IMG/VR virus record: IMGVR_UViG_3300037067_021792
Strand: one strand, 5' to 3'
Length of the DNA stretch: 64,000 nucleotides
Source: a virus
Taxonomy: Duplodnaviria; Caudoviricetes
Made by a program: the position numbers and the translations under genes. Below, in pieces: positions 48,773 to 58,787 of the stretch. Below the pieces are notes generated by a model that saw nothing but the letters and a program-made list of their open reading frames with translations, was not told the DNA's origin and searched no databases. Position 1 is the stretch's first letter; each line of letters opens with the position of its first letter.

Positions 48773-50166
48773 ATATTATATTTGTCATAGATACCCTGAG
48801 CTACGCCGATCATATAGCAATTGCTTGTCTTTCTGCTGTAGCCAAGCAGAAAGGACACATGACTCATTTCTGTTTACTGTCAAATTCGGATCTGAGAACA
48901 CTAGTTTTGAAAATTAAGCCCGATATCGTGGCATATTCCGCTAATGTGTTAAGTTTTAAAAATATTGTCAAAAACCACAAAGATTCCATGTCTGCACACC
49001 AATTCATATCAATATTGGGTGGTCCTCAGGCTACATTTTTTCCGGAATCATTTAGCGAAAGTTGTGTTGATGCATATTGCGTCGGGGAGGGCGAAGAGGC
49101 TTTTGGGGAATTTTTAGATAGAGTTGAAAATAAGGAGTCCTTCGATGACGTTCTAAATCTTATAACAAATAAAAGGTCAAATCCAGTCCGGCCATTGATA
49201 TCGGATTTGGATTTGCTGCCTGCGTTGGACAGAGATTTGATTTTGTCGAATTCATTTTTGGGAAATGTATCAAAAAAGACGTTTTATGCGACGAGGGGAT
49301 GTCCATATGCATGCAGCTATTGTTGTAATAATTACTACCATGATTTATATCGACATAAAGGGAAGACCATTCGACGATTCTCTGTTGAAAGAGTAATCCA
49401 GGAAATAGAGCACGTTAAGAAAAATTATAAAACAGATTTTGTAAAATTTGGGGATGATATATTTGCCATAAGAGCAGACAACTGGATGAGGGAATTTGTG
49501 CAGAAATACAAATCCAGGATTGGACTACCGTTTAACTGTTATTTAAGATTTGATATAGTAACTGACGAACTTCTGACGATGCTCAGCGAAGCTGGATGCT
49601 ATTCTGTACATTTGTCCGTGGATAGCACGTCTCCATATGTTAGAGAACATGTTTTGAACCGGCGGATGAGAAAAAATGTTGATATTGAATATAATTTGTG
49701 CAAAATCCGGAGCCATAATATAAGAACGTGGGTTAACTATATGCTATCTGCACCAGAATCCACTATCCGAGACGATATAAATACTATTTTTATGAGCAAA
49801 AAAGGTAAAGTCACATATACCGCGTATTCGATAACTACTCCGATGAATGGAACAAAGCTGTATGAGGAATCTCTCAGAAAGGGATATATAGATAGTAATT
49901 TTGTAGGAGACATGACTGGGGGTAACGGTTTAACAGAATATTCTTCACCATCCTCTTTGAAGTGTTTTTCTCAAAGAGAGAAAGATATACAATATAATAT
50001 CTATTGTCTCGGTGCCATTGCCGCGAAACTGCCATACTCGCTGCTGTATATTTGCCTGGCCATAATTATACTAATTCCGCCAAATGTATTTTTTCTGAAG
50101 TTAAGAAATTTATACCACAAATTTATGGTAGAGAGATACATATTTAAAGTCGATGATCATCCATGA
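48766..50166 (+). CDS. B12-binding radical SAM enzyme
   Basis: GGPQATF, VGEGE, TRGCPYACSYC, FGDDIF. Confidence 0.88.
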   Translation: MLNIIFVIDTLSYADHIAIACLSAVAKQKGHMTHFCLLSNSDLRTLVLKIKPDIVAYSANVLSFKNIVKNHKDSMSAHQFISILGGPQATFFPESFSESCVDAYCVGEGEEAFGEFLDRVENKESFDDVLNLITNKRSNPVRPLISDLDLLPALDRDLILSNSFLGNVSKKTFYATRGCPYACSYCCNNYYHDLYRHKGKTIRRFSVERVIQEIEHVKKNYKTDFVKFGDDIFAIRADNWMREFVQKYKSRIGLPFNCYLRFDIVTDELLTMLSEAGCYSVHLSVDSTSPYVREHVLNRRMRKNVDIEYNLCKIRSHNIRTWVNYMLSAPESTIRDDINTIFMSKKGKVTYTAYSITTPMNGTKLYEESLRKGYIDSNFVGDMTGGNGLTEYSSPSSLKCFSQREKDIQYNIYCLGAIAAKLPYSLLYICLAIIILIPPNVFFLKLRNLYHKFMVERYIFKVDDHP

Positions 50167-50897
50167 ACGCATTAATACAAGTTCCTGAAGATCGTATACA
50201 TATAATACCATTATGGTGTCGTGCCCAGTTTAGGTATAATTTAATAGACGAGGTATTCATAGCCACCAATAGTAAACAAATTATTATTCCGAAAGATCTT
50301 CGCATATCGGAATCTAGGATACACTGTATTTATTTGAATCAAGACATGGATTATGGCAGCAATATGATTTATGCCCTCAATTCTATCCCAGATGAGATAA
50401 TATACCATAGTTGTGAGGACCACATATTAGCAAGAATTCCAGATGCAGAAATCATAAATAATTGCTACAAAGTAATGTTAAAAAATAAAAAGGTGGGGTC
50501 TTTTAGGCTGAATGGGAATAAAATGGTAACGAGCAAGAGAACTTTTAACGGACAATCTCGTCTCAAAAACTACCGCGAATTTTATGCCGAAATTAATGAT
50601 GCCTACAATTACTTATTTGCAATAAGCCCCTCATTTTTTCGAAAGGAATATTTGTTGCAGATTCTCCGCGATGGGGAGAATGCGTGGAAATCGGAAATAG
50701 AAGGGTCACGAAGGGCTCAGCAATCTGATTTTATAAAATTATGTGCCCTAAAAGATCTAGCGTTAATTCATAATTTCATATCAAGGGGAAAAAACAAGGA
50801 TAATGATAGAGCTGAAATGCTGAGAATGATTGAGTTTCAGGGAATTAAGGTTAAAGATTCTGATGAGCGGCATAATCTTATCCACTCTTTGAAATGA
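50163..50897 (+). CDS. putative glycosyltransferase (paralogue set C)
   Basis: YHSCEDH, VGSFRL, ENAWKSEIEGSRRA. Confidence 0.55.
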   Translation: MNALIQVPEDRIHIIPLWCRAQFRYNLIDEVFIATNSKQIIIPKDLRISESRIHCIYLNQDMDYGSNMIYALNSIPDEIIYHSCEDHILARIPDAEIINNCYKVMLKNKKVGSFRLNGNKMVTSKRTFNGQSRLKNYREFYAEINDAYNYLFAISPSFFRKEYLLQILRDGENAWKSEIEGSRRAQQSDFIKLCALKDLALIHNFISRGKNKDNDRAEMLRMIEFQGIKVKDSDERHNLIHSLK

Positions 50898-51571
50898 GGC
50901 GCTCCGTTGAATTTTCTACCAGATTTAAAGTGGAATGCGATCAAATTATTCTGTAGAAAAATTGCATAGGTATTTTTTTTAAATATTGTGAATTGTGGCT
51001 TTTGTATTAAATGAAGCCAATTTGGTATTTTCCCAAGTTTGTGCCCGGTTTCAGATTTACCGCGAACGATTCCTCCTGGGTGATTTTTTTCTATTTTTGG
51101 CACGGCCAAAAAATCTACATTATAATCTGTCAATGTTTGCATTTTCCCACAGAATAGCGTGGGATGCGGTAAGTGCGAGCAATTTTTATTACTATTTTCG
51201 GTCGCGATGAACGAACAATTTGATATTTGGTATTCCTCTACCAGTATCTTGTCAAAATTTTTGCACATATGAATATCCGCGTCACAAATAATTGCCAACT
51301 CATCCTGAGGAAGTATTGTTTTTATATAGTTTAGTGCCATAGAATGTCTGACTGACGAATGAACCGAGTCGGGTAAGAAATCATAAAATTTGATTTGGTT
51401 GTTATTTTCTGTATATATTTCTAAGGAGCAACCTTCTTGAGGTATCCACTCTGAATTGTGAACATTGCATACATGTAATATGAAATCTTGAGAACAGTTT
51501 CGCTTGATTGATTCGAAAAGATTATTAATAACCAAAGGAATATTGGAGTTGGTTGTTGCAATATGTAACAT
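50837..51571 (-). CDS. putative GT-A fold glycosyltransferase
   Basis: RHSMALN, ICDADI (DxD), ETG, FHFKSG; AGGA RBS; convergent overlap with the upstream gene. Confidence 0.55.
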   Translation of the reverse strand: MLHIATTNSNIPLVINNLFESIKRNCSQDFILHVCNVHNSEWIPQEGCSLEIYTENNNQIKFYDFLPDSVHSSVRHSMALNYIKTILPQDELAIICDADIHMCKNFDKILVEEYQISNCSFIATENSNKNCSHLPHPTLFCGKMQTLTDYNVDFLAVPKIEKNHPGGIVRGKSETGHKLGKIPNWLHLIQKPQFTIFKKNTYAIFLQNNLIAFHFKSGRKFNGAPHFKEWIRLCRSSESLTLIP

Positions 51572-51594
51572 ATGTATCCTGGTTTAATTTGATA

Positions 51595-51611
51595 CGGTAT
51601 AATTTAGTTTT
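51595..51611. promoter_or_regulatory. divergent promoter motif CGGTATAAT..TAGTTTT (copy 2)
   Basis: Between divergent genes starting at 51571(-) and 51630(+). Confidence 0.55.
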
Positions 51612-51629
51612 CAGGGAGAAATATCCTCT

Positions 51630-52562
51630 ATGGTGCCCAAGGTAATTTATGTAATTCACAGCGGAATTGCAATTCCTTATTTAACATGTATGCTGACGTA
51701 TTTGCACCAAAATGGGAAAATAGATTTGCAACCTATTGGCCTAAAACAGTTTAATGGATTAAATAACATTCCGGAAGATGTGGTTATTATATATCAAACA
51801 TATGCGGACGAGAACCACCATAAATTTGTCAAATGTAAACAAATAATCGATAACACCGATGACATCATTATTAATCATAAAAAAACGATCATCTTTGACG
51901 CCCACGATAGCGGTAGCGTAGATGGATTCAGCAGATTACCAAAACTGCCTCGTATTAAAAATACTCCCAATATACTCAAAATGCAAGAATACAATATTAT
52001 ATCGTCAACAACTTTTCCACTTAAAACAAATATGTGTCCCAAAGATTGGCAAAAAATAGACTTACCCGAATCGGGGGAAAAAAGTATTGATATTTCTTAT
52101 AAGGTTGGTCTCATGGAGGGGTCGGAACATTCGTCAATGTATATCAGGCGCAAAGTACAAGACCTGCTAAACAATTATGTAGATGAAAATCAGGTTAGCA
52201 TGAGTTTGGGTTTTGATAAAAAGATTAGTTATAACCATCATATTGCACAAACAAAAATCTCAGTAAATGTCCCTGGATATGGAGAGGCATGTATAAGACA
52301 TTTAATAACATTGTGCTGTGGATCTTGCATGCTAGCACATGAATCAATCAATAATATAAAACTATTACCCGGGGCGAACTTGGTAGAAGGAGATGATTAT
52401 CTGTCATTTAATCTAGATAATTTCTGTGAGAAGCTGGATTACCTGATCTCAAATCCGCAAGAGATAAAAAGAATATCGGATAATGGTGTAAACAAGTTCA
52501 AAGAAGGATACTCAATAATTAATCCTTCAGAACTGCTGTTAAACTATATAAATGATATGTGA
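51630..52562 (+). CDS. putative GT-B glycosyltransferase
   Basis: KISVNVPGYGEACIRH..L.CGS, LVEGDDY, EKLDYLISNP...RISDNG. Confidence 0.65.
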   Translation: MVPKVIYVIHSGIAIPYLTCMLTYLHQNGKIDLQPIGLKQFNGLNNIPEDVVIIYQTYADENHHKFVKCKQIIDNTDDIIINHKKTIIFDAHDSGSVDGFSRLPKLPRIKNTPNILKMQEYNIISSTTFPLKTNMCPKDWQKIDLPESGEKSIDISYKVGLMEGSEHSSMYIRRKVQDLLNNYVDENQVSMSLGFDKKISYNHHIAQTKISVNVPGYGEACIRHLITLCCGSCMLAHESINNIKLLPGANLVEGDDYLSFNLDNFCEKLDYLISNPQEIKRISDNGVNKFKEGYSIINPSELLLNYINDM

Positions 52563-53401
52563 GAAACATGGATTCGATACCATTCGATAATATTATTTTT
52601 TTGTTGCAAAGGAGTATTGTTCCAAGGAAGCACGACCATATGTCTCCTGTAGAATATGCCTATGAATCTGGCATGTATATGGGTTGCCCCGGAAAGGAAT
52701 TGTATTTTAGTTTGCCTTCATTTTCTGTGGAGCAAATTGAGAAATTAATACCTATAGTTTGCATGTCTTTCCCTAAATTGCCACCTGGCAGATCGGTTCA
52801 TTTTTCTGTTTTTTGGAGATATTTTTATGGAGTATTTGATAAGCGAGGGGTATTTAACTCTAAACATAACCTGAACAATATTACTAGTAATTGGCCTATA
52901 TATTTTTCGTTTGTAGATAGTGTTATAGAACATTACAAATCTATGTCCTGCATTCATTTTGGACAGATAATTGCAACAGAAATGTTGGCCCACAGATTTG
53001 GAGACAAGTTTGTTCTGTCTGCGGATGTCGGGGAAAAAATAAAGCATAAAAAGCAAATGATTGAATGTTACGAAAATACATACAAATTAGCCATTCAAAT
53101 TAAAGCAAAAAAGAATGCTTTTAGCTCTTTATACTGGTGTTCCTCGTATTTGTTTGGCAACGATAACGCGTTGTATAAGACCTATGCCATACGATTTTTA
53201 CAAGCGGCAAATCAATTCGCAACAAGCGTGACTACGAAGGGCAAAGTTGTAAGTACGTTGAACAGATTAAATACGATTCTTTCTCGTAAAGAAATGAAAT
53301 CTGTATGTAAAATGTATAAAAATTTTGATAATAAGATAATGAAGTCTTTTGGCTTTCGAAAGCTTAATTTTGATAAGTCAACATTGGGAATTGGGGAATA
53401 A
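52559..53401 (+). CDS. helical-repeat (TPR-like) hypothetical protein (paralogue set E)
   Basis: YMGCPGKE.Y.SLP.F, GRSVH.S.FWRY.YG.FDK, EMLAHRFGD, KNAFSSLYW. Confidence 0.65.
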   Translation: MRNMDSIPFDNIIFLLQRSIVPRKHDHMSPVEYAYESGMYMGCPGKELYFSLPSFSVEQIEKLIPIVCMSFPKLPPGRSVHFSVFWRYFYGVFDKRGVFNSKHNLNNITSNWPIYFSFVDSVIEHYKSMSCIHFGQIIATEMLAHRFGDKFVLSADVGEKIKHKKQMIECYENTYKLAIQIKAKKNAFSSLYWCSSYLFGNDNALYKTYAIRFLQAANQFATSVTTKGKVVSTLNRLNTILSRKEMKSVCKMYKNFDNKIMKSFGFRKLNFDKSTLGIGE

Positions 53402-54076
53402 ATGTATAACAATTATATAGTAGAGAAAATAAAGGGTCGCTTGGTTTTTGACATAGGATCCAATAGAGGAACATTCTCCAGATCATACACCAAAGCAGGG
53501 GCAAAAGTAATTGCTGTAGAACCGATCAAATTTTTGATAGATCAAAATACAGAAAATTATATGAATGTAGTAGTAGAAAATATGTGCATATCCGATCATG
53601 ATGGATATGTATCTTTCTGTTGTAGCAAGAAGGACCCATCAATGTCCAGTTGTTGTCCAGAATGGAGACAAACTCATCGCAAGGCTAAGGGCAAATTAAT
53701 GGAGGTCAAATGTAACACTCTGGACTTTTTGATCAATAAGTATGGTGTTCCTGCATACATCAAGATAGACGTTGAAGGATACGAAAATGTTGTATTAAAG
53801 ACTCTAAAAACTGCGGCTGATATGATCAGTATAGAGTATACTGTGGGGTATCTTATTAATTTTACGGAATGTATGGATATATTTAAAAAACTGGGTTACC
53901 GGACATTTGTTATGGCCGAGCGAATTAATCAAAAAAAAGACGAGATACGATTTTATTTTAAATCCGTTGATGAGTGCATTCGACATTTTAAAGAGCATCC
54001 ATCAATTACATCTCGCGGTGATTTGTTGGCTATACTGGATGATATGGATATTTCTGTATTGGACAGCAAGTGGTAA
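53402..54076 (+). CDS. FkbM-family methyltransferase
   Basis: FDIGSNRG, VIAVEP, TLDFLI..YG.P.YIKIDVEGYE. Confidence 0.88.
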   Translation: MYNNYIVEKIKGRLVFDIGSNRGTFSRSYTKAGAKVIAVEPIKFLIDQNTENYMNVVVENMCISDHDGYVSFCCSKKDPSMSSCCPEWRQTHRKAKGKLMEVKCNTLDFLINKYGVPAYIKIDVEGYENVVLKTLKTAADMISIEYTVGYLINFTECMDIFKKLGYRTFVMAERINQKKDEIRFYFKSVDECIRHFKEHPSITSRGDLLAILDDMDISVLDSKW

Positions 54077-54079
54077 ATT

Positions 54080-54907
54080 ATGTTTCAGTTCGAACAAATA
54101 CACGAATTAATGAGCAGAGGCATAGTTTCTCGTAAGGGCGGAGATATTAATAAGACAACGCTATCTTCAATTGAATATGCCATTGATGGTGGAATCTATA
54201 TGGGTTGTCCTGGTAAAGAAATCTACTATTCGCTTCCGTTTTTTAATCTAGAGGAGAAAGATCAACTTATTGTTCTTATATTGAATGCATTTCCAATGGG
54301 CACAGGGCGATCTGTTCATTTGTCGTTATTCTGGAGATATCTCTATGGAATGTTTGATAAGTGGGGATGTCTAAATGACAGGGAAGACGTTCTGGGTAAA
54401 TTTAAAAATTCCCCTGTTGACTGGAGTCTATATTTTGATTTTGTCGAAAGGTTTTTATCTGCTGCCGAGGGCAAGAACCCGTATGCCTATATAATAGCGA
54501 GTGAAATGTATGCCCATCGTCTTGGTGACCAATACCTAATAAACCAGAAAAAGGTATATTTCAAACAGATGATAGAGATGTATGACAAGACTATATCTTT
54601 ATCAACACAATTATCTGTTGCAAAAAATAGTTTTAGTGCTCCTTATTGGTGTTGTATCTATTTATTCAAAATGAAAAAGTTTGATCAGTCTTATTATTAC
54701 GGAAATTTATTTTTAGACAATTGCAACAAGTATTGTCACAGTAAAGGGGCGTATAATAAGATGCGGTCTGCTGTTGGCGTGTTGTATCAAATTTCCACTC
54801 CAGAACAATGGGGGGAAATTCTTGAAAAGTGTAATAATTTTGACAACAGATTGGTTTATAAAATGTGGAAAAGAGCTTTTGAGTGCAAATCCCAATGGCA
54901 TCTGTAA
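54080..54907 (+). CDS. helical-repeat (TPR-like) hypothetical protein (paralogue set E)
   Basis: YMGCPGKE, GRSVHLSLFWRY, EMYAHRLGD, KNSFSAPYW. Confidence 0.65.
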   Translation: MFQFEQIHELMSRGIVSRKGGDINKTTLSSIEYAIDGGIYMGCPGKEIYYSLPFFNLEEKDQLIVLILNAFPMGTGRSVHLSLFWRYLYGMFDKWGCLNDREDVLGKFKNSPVDWSLYFDFVERFLSAAEGKNPYAYIIASEMYAHRLGDQYLINQKKVYFKQMIEMYDKTISLSTQLSVAKNSFSAPYWCCIYLFKMKKFDQSYYYGNLFLDNCNKYCHSKGAYNKMRSAVGVLYQISTPEQWGEILEKCNNFDNRLVYKMWKRAFECKSQWHL

Positions 54908-55596
54908 AAGAAAAAAGAAGCGAAATTGATAAACAGAGCAGAAAGATATCAGGATTAATGTCTGAACTGTCAATCCCGATAGACACATTTATAAATGACT
55001 TGCTTGATTTTTTAAATGAGGATAAATCCGGGCAAGAACCATATGCGATGTTGGTAAGAAATGCTTTTGGGGTTCAGAAAAATGGGTATGATGCCAATCC
55101 ATCCAAATGGTCTGCCCTTCTTCCTAGGATTGAAGAGATTCTGAGCATAGTTAATAACAAGGGTTCGATATTTGCAAAAATGATTTTTAATGAGAGCATG
55201 GGACATAGATACTCTGATTGCTGGTTTGAGACTAATGACCCAGCGTATGAAGCAAAGATGTCAAAATGCTATTTAGAAGGCTACAAACAATCTTGTAAAA
55301 TTAAATCATATAAAAACATTGATTCTACTATGTTTTGGCTCGCTGTGGCATACCATCGTATGGGAAGATTTGAAGAGGCAAGAAAATATTATAAAACGGT
55401 AGCCAATAGGGGAGGACCAAGATTTTTTAAATCAAGTTTTGTAAATAAGATATGGCTTTCGTTTATATATTCGCAAGATATGGTATGTCTTCCACCCTAC
55501 AAGGAAATTTCAAAAATTCTAGACAGAAAAAATCCATTGATACATCAACTATATATTGCTTTTAAGGCGGCATATGCCAACGGAATGATTGAATGA
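54883..55596 (+). CDS. TPR-like hypothetical protein (distant member of set E)
   Basis: ESMGHRYSD, KNIDSTMFWLAVAYHRMGRFEEARKYY. Confidence 0.6.
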   Translation: MQIPMASVKEKRSEIDKQSRKISGLMSELSIPIDTFINDLLDFLNEDKSGQEPYAMLVRNAFGVQKNGYDANPSKWSALLPRIEEILSIVNNKGSIFAKMIFNESMGHRYSDCWFETNDPAYEAKMSKCYLEGYKQSCKIKSYKNIDSTMFWLAVAYHRMGRFEEARKYYKTVANRGGPRFFKSSFVNKIWLSFIYSQDMVCLPPYKEISKILDRKNPLIHQLYIAFKAAYANGMIE

Positions 55597-55605
55597 GGAT
55601 AACAA

Positions 55606-56397
55606 ATGTATAAAAATGTGTTTGGTCCGGAACCTAAATATGAATTGTCGGTATCTCTCCAAAACAAATCTGCTCCTTCGTTTATCTGTATCGGTGGACC
55701 TTGTTCAATAGAAAGTTATGAACAGGTTATTCGGATATTTGATAGCATCGATAACAATGTGACCCATTTTCGAGGAGGAGTGTTTAGGGCCGGAACTTAT
55801 CCGGGCAAGAAATGGGGATGGCAATGGGACTTGTTAAAAATGTATCATGAAGAATCATTCAAAAGAGGGAAACCTAATATTGTGGATGTTTTAGATGTGA
55901 GGGACTTGGAAAAAATAGATCCCTACGCCGATGTGTTTCAGGTTGGAACTCGGCAAAGCCAGCATTATGCTCTTTTAAAAGAATTAGGAAAACAACAGAA
56001 GCCAATAGTGCTCAAACGCGGAACCCATCAAACATTAAATGAATTTATGGGGTCCTTAGAATATATATTACAAGGTGATAATTCCAATGTTATATTGTGT
56101 GAAAGGGGCAGCGTGTCATATTTGGATCATTCTAGATGGGAATTGTCCATTTCTATGATTGCCACGTTGAAACATATCACCAAATTCCCCATAATAGTAG
56201 ATAGCAGCCACGGCACAGGTAATCGCCAGATTGTTGGGCAAATGGCATATGCTGGTGTCGCGGCCGGGGCTGATGGAATACTGATTGAGACGCACTATTC
56301 GCCAAGTGACTCAATATCAGATTCGGAACAGTGCGTTTCATTGGATGAATTTAACGAAATATCTACTAACGCAAGGCGGATTAAGGATCTCCTATGA
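55606..56397 (+). CDS. divergent class I-beta DAHP synthase/KDO8P synthase family aldolase
   Basis: IGGPCSIES, FRGGVFRAGTYP, QVGTR, VLKRG, ILCERG, VDSSHGTG, GADGILIETH, SDSEQ. Confidence 0.88.
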   Translation: MYKNVFGPEPKYELSVSLQNKSAPSFICIGGPCSIESYEQVIRIFDSIDNNVTHFRGGVFRAGTYPGKKWGWQWDLLKMYHEESFKRGKPNIVDVLDVRDLEKIDPYADVFQVGTRQSQHYALLKELGKQQKPIVLKRGTHQTLNEFMGSLEYILQGDNSNVILCERGSVSYLDHSRWELSISMIATLKHITKFPIIVDSSHGTGNRQIVGQMAYAGVAAGADGILIETHYSPSDSISDSEQCVSLDEFNEISTNARRIKDLL

Positions 56398-57158
56398 ATG
56401 CCGGGATTATCATACTCTGTCGATTGCACTCCAAGAGACTTCCCAACAAAGCGCTGCTTCCACTGGGGAATTCCACCATAATAGATAAGTGTGTACTCAA
56501 TTGTCTAGAAAGTAATTCGGCACCGGTTATTGTTGCCACATCAACAAACTTTCAAGATGATGCTCTGGCTTCTCATATTTGTATGTTCCACAAAGATTGT
56601 GAGGTATTTCGAGGTTCTGAAATAGATGTTGCCCAGCGAATGCTAGATGCTGCTGATAAGTATGGTTGGGATACTATTGTCAGGGTTACAGGGGATTCCC
56701 CGTTCATTTCATTCGAGTTAATACGGCACCTGTTTCAGTGTGCACAAGTATTTGATTATATATACCTTACAAATGCTTGTTTGGGTACGAAACCAGAGAT
56801 TATGTCCGTTTCTGCTTTAAGAAAAATTATTTCAGAATTTGATTCATCTAAAAGTGAATACCTAACTTACTATTTTAAGAATAATCCCGATATGTTTCAT
56901 AGTATATCTATTGATACGCCGCAGGGTTTGTGCGGTGACTATAGGCTTAATGTTGATTATCCAGAAGACTACGAGCTAGCGAAATCTATATATAAATATG
57001 TAAGAAATGACAATCAGTGTGTGTCTCTACCCGAAGTTATAGAAATAGTAGAGAGATATAAATTGTATAATATAAACAAAAAATGCCATCCCCAGTACGT
57101 TTCGGGAAAATTATTTGATGAAATTATGGTTGCCACACAGAATCGGAGAGATAGATGA
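56394..57158 (+). CDS. SpsF/KdsB-like cytidylyltransferase
   Basis: CRLHSKRLPNKAL, VATS, FRGSEIDV, VRVTGDSPF, RLNVDYPEDY. Confidence 0.85.
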   Translation: MNAGIIILCRLHSKRLPNKALLPLGNSTIIDKCVLNCLESNSAPVIVATSTNFQDDALASHICMFHKDCEVFRGSEIDVAQRMLDAADKYGWDTIVRVTGDSPFISFELIRHLFQCAQVFDYIYLTNACLGTKPEIMSVSALRKIISEFDSSKSEYLTYYFKNNPDMFHSISIDTPQGLCGDYRLNVDYPEDYELAKSIYKYVRNDNQCVSLPEVIEIVERYKLYNINKKCHPQYVSGKLFDEIMVATQNRRDR

Positions 57159-58057
57159 GAATTAAGATAGAGTGCCCAACTTATTTTTTTGAGCATAATC
57201 TATGCGGGCATGCTATTGACAATGAGGATCCAGAAATAATGATATCTGATCCTGGATCATCGTACAAATACAATGAATCATATCTATCGAAATTTAGTAA
57301 TTTGAAAATACTGGCTACTCCATCTACTGGTGTTACCCATATAGATTTAGATTACTGCAGAAGAATGCAGATACCAGTTTTGAATTTACTAAGTAATAGG
57401 AAGCTATTAAATGAAATTTCTGCCTCCGCGGAATTCACCTGGCTTCATATATTGAATGCAGTAAGAAGATTTTCCGAATCTATTGAGGAAGTGAAAACTG
57501 GCAATTGGAGAAACAAGGAAAACGATCTGAGAGGACGAGAAATGAGGTACTTGTCTCTTGGTATCGTAGGGTTTGGTCGCATCGGTGGTAAGATATCATC
57601 ATTTGCGTCAGCTTTTGGAATGGAGAAAGTTTTTTACTATGATCCATACGTAGAATCGAATAAATGCACTAGAGTTTTACGTTTAGAACAAATATTTGGC
57701 TGTGATATTATTTTAATAAGTCCGTATTTGACAGATGAAACTAAAAATATGATAAGTAGCGATTTGATAAAGATATGTCGGAGGGGTTCTATTATAGTAA
57801 ACACATCGAGGGGGGAAGTAGTAGATGAAGATGCAATATGCGATGCGGTTGAATTGGGACAAATATATTACTGTGCCGATGTTGTTAAAGATGAACAAAA
57901 CATGAATAGATTTTTTCAATCTAGGCTATATCGGCTTTTAATGGAGGGAAAAGTGTGTATAACTCCCCACATTGCTGGAGCCACTGTTGAATCACAGCAA
58001 AAAGCCTTTGACGCAATCATGCTGATCATACAATCGCATTTAGGTCGAGAAAGATGA
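57155..58057 (+). CDS. D-isomer-specific 2-hydroxyacid dehydrogenase
   Basis: STGVTHID, AEFT, GFGRIG, YYDP, VNTSRGEVVDE, TPHIAG. Confidence 0.9.
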   Translation: MRIKIECPTYFFEHNLCGHAIDNEDPEIMISDPGSSYKYNESYLSKFSNLKILATPSTGVTHIDLDYCRRMQIPVLNLLSNRKLLNEISASAEFTWLHILNAVRRFSESIEEVKTGNWRNKENDLRGREMRYLSLGIVGFGRIGGKISSFASAFGMEKVFYYDPYVESNKCTRVLRLEQIFGCDIILISPYLTDETKNMISSDLIKICRRGSIIVNTSRGEVVDEDAICDAVELGQIYYCADVVKDEQNMNRFFQSRLYRLLMEGKVCITPHIAGATVESQQKAFDAIMLIIQSHLGRER

Positions 58058-58779
58058 ATAGAAATCTTGTTAAAAATAAAGAAATTAAAGATTTTTTTGA
58101 TGGGAAAATTGTATTTGATGTAGGGGCCGGTATGGGTCTGACTACTAAGATATTTACATCTTTAGGGTCAAAGGTAATTGCTGATACGTGCTATCCTGCT
58201 AAATATGGTCAGAATTTTTCTGATGCCATTCTGATAAATACCTATATATCGGATCATGATGGAGGAGAAGACCAATACATAAGTAATGCACCATTGGGAT
58301 ATCATCAGATGCCCAGCAAAACATTGGATACCCTAATTGTTGAATATGGAACTCCTATTTATATTAAAATTAGCACTGATGGATATGAAGATGTAGTTTT
58401 ACGAGGTTTAACTCATGCAGTTGGATGCATCAGTGCGGGGTATACAAAAGGGCGTAAAGATTGTTTTTGGGGAGTGTTGCGGTCGATAGAGAGACTGCAG
58501 TATAAAAAATTCATAATGGTTAATTGCGGGAAGGATATAGGAGGAAAATTTACCATAGGGTATCTACCGCCGAATATAAGTTATTGTAGAAAATTATTTA
58601 AGGAAATGCACTTAAATAAACATTATAGAGGGGATTTATTTGCATTCAACCCAGAAATTTTTCCAGAAAATGTAGCCATATTGTTGAGCGATTATTATAG
58701 TGGAAGAAAAGTTACTAACGCAAAAAAGAATATGGTTAACTACTCTAGTCTAAAGACCCGAAGATTATTAACAGTTTAG
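58054..58779 (+). CDS. FkbM-like methyltransferase (degenerate paralogue of 53402..54076)
   Basis: FDVGAGMG, ISDHDG, TLDTLI..YG.P.YIKISTDGYE, RGDL. Confidence 0.7.
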   Translation: MNRNLVKNKEIKDFFDGKIVFDVGAGMGLTTKIFTSLGSKVIADTCYPAKYGQNFSDAILINTYISDHDGGEDQYISNAPLGYHQMPSKTLDTLIVEYGTPIYIKISTDGYEDVVLRGLTHAVGCISAGYTKGRKDCFWGVLRSIERLQYKKFIMVNCGKDIGGKFTIGYLPPNISYCRKLFKEMHLNKHYRGDLFAFNPEIFPENVAILLSDYYSGRKVTNAKKNMVNYSSLKTRRLLTV

Positions 58780-58787
58780 GTGAAATT

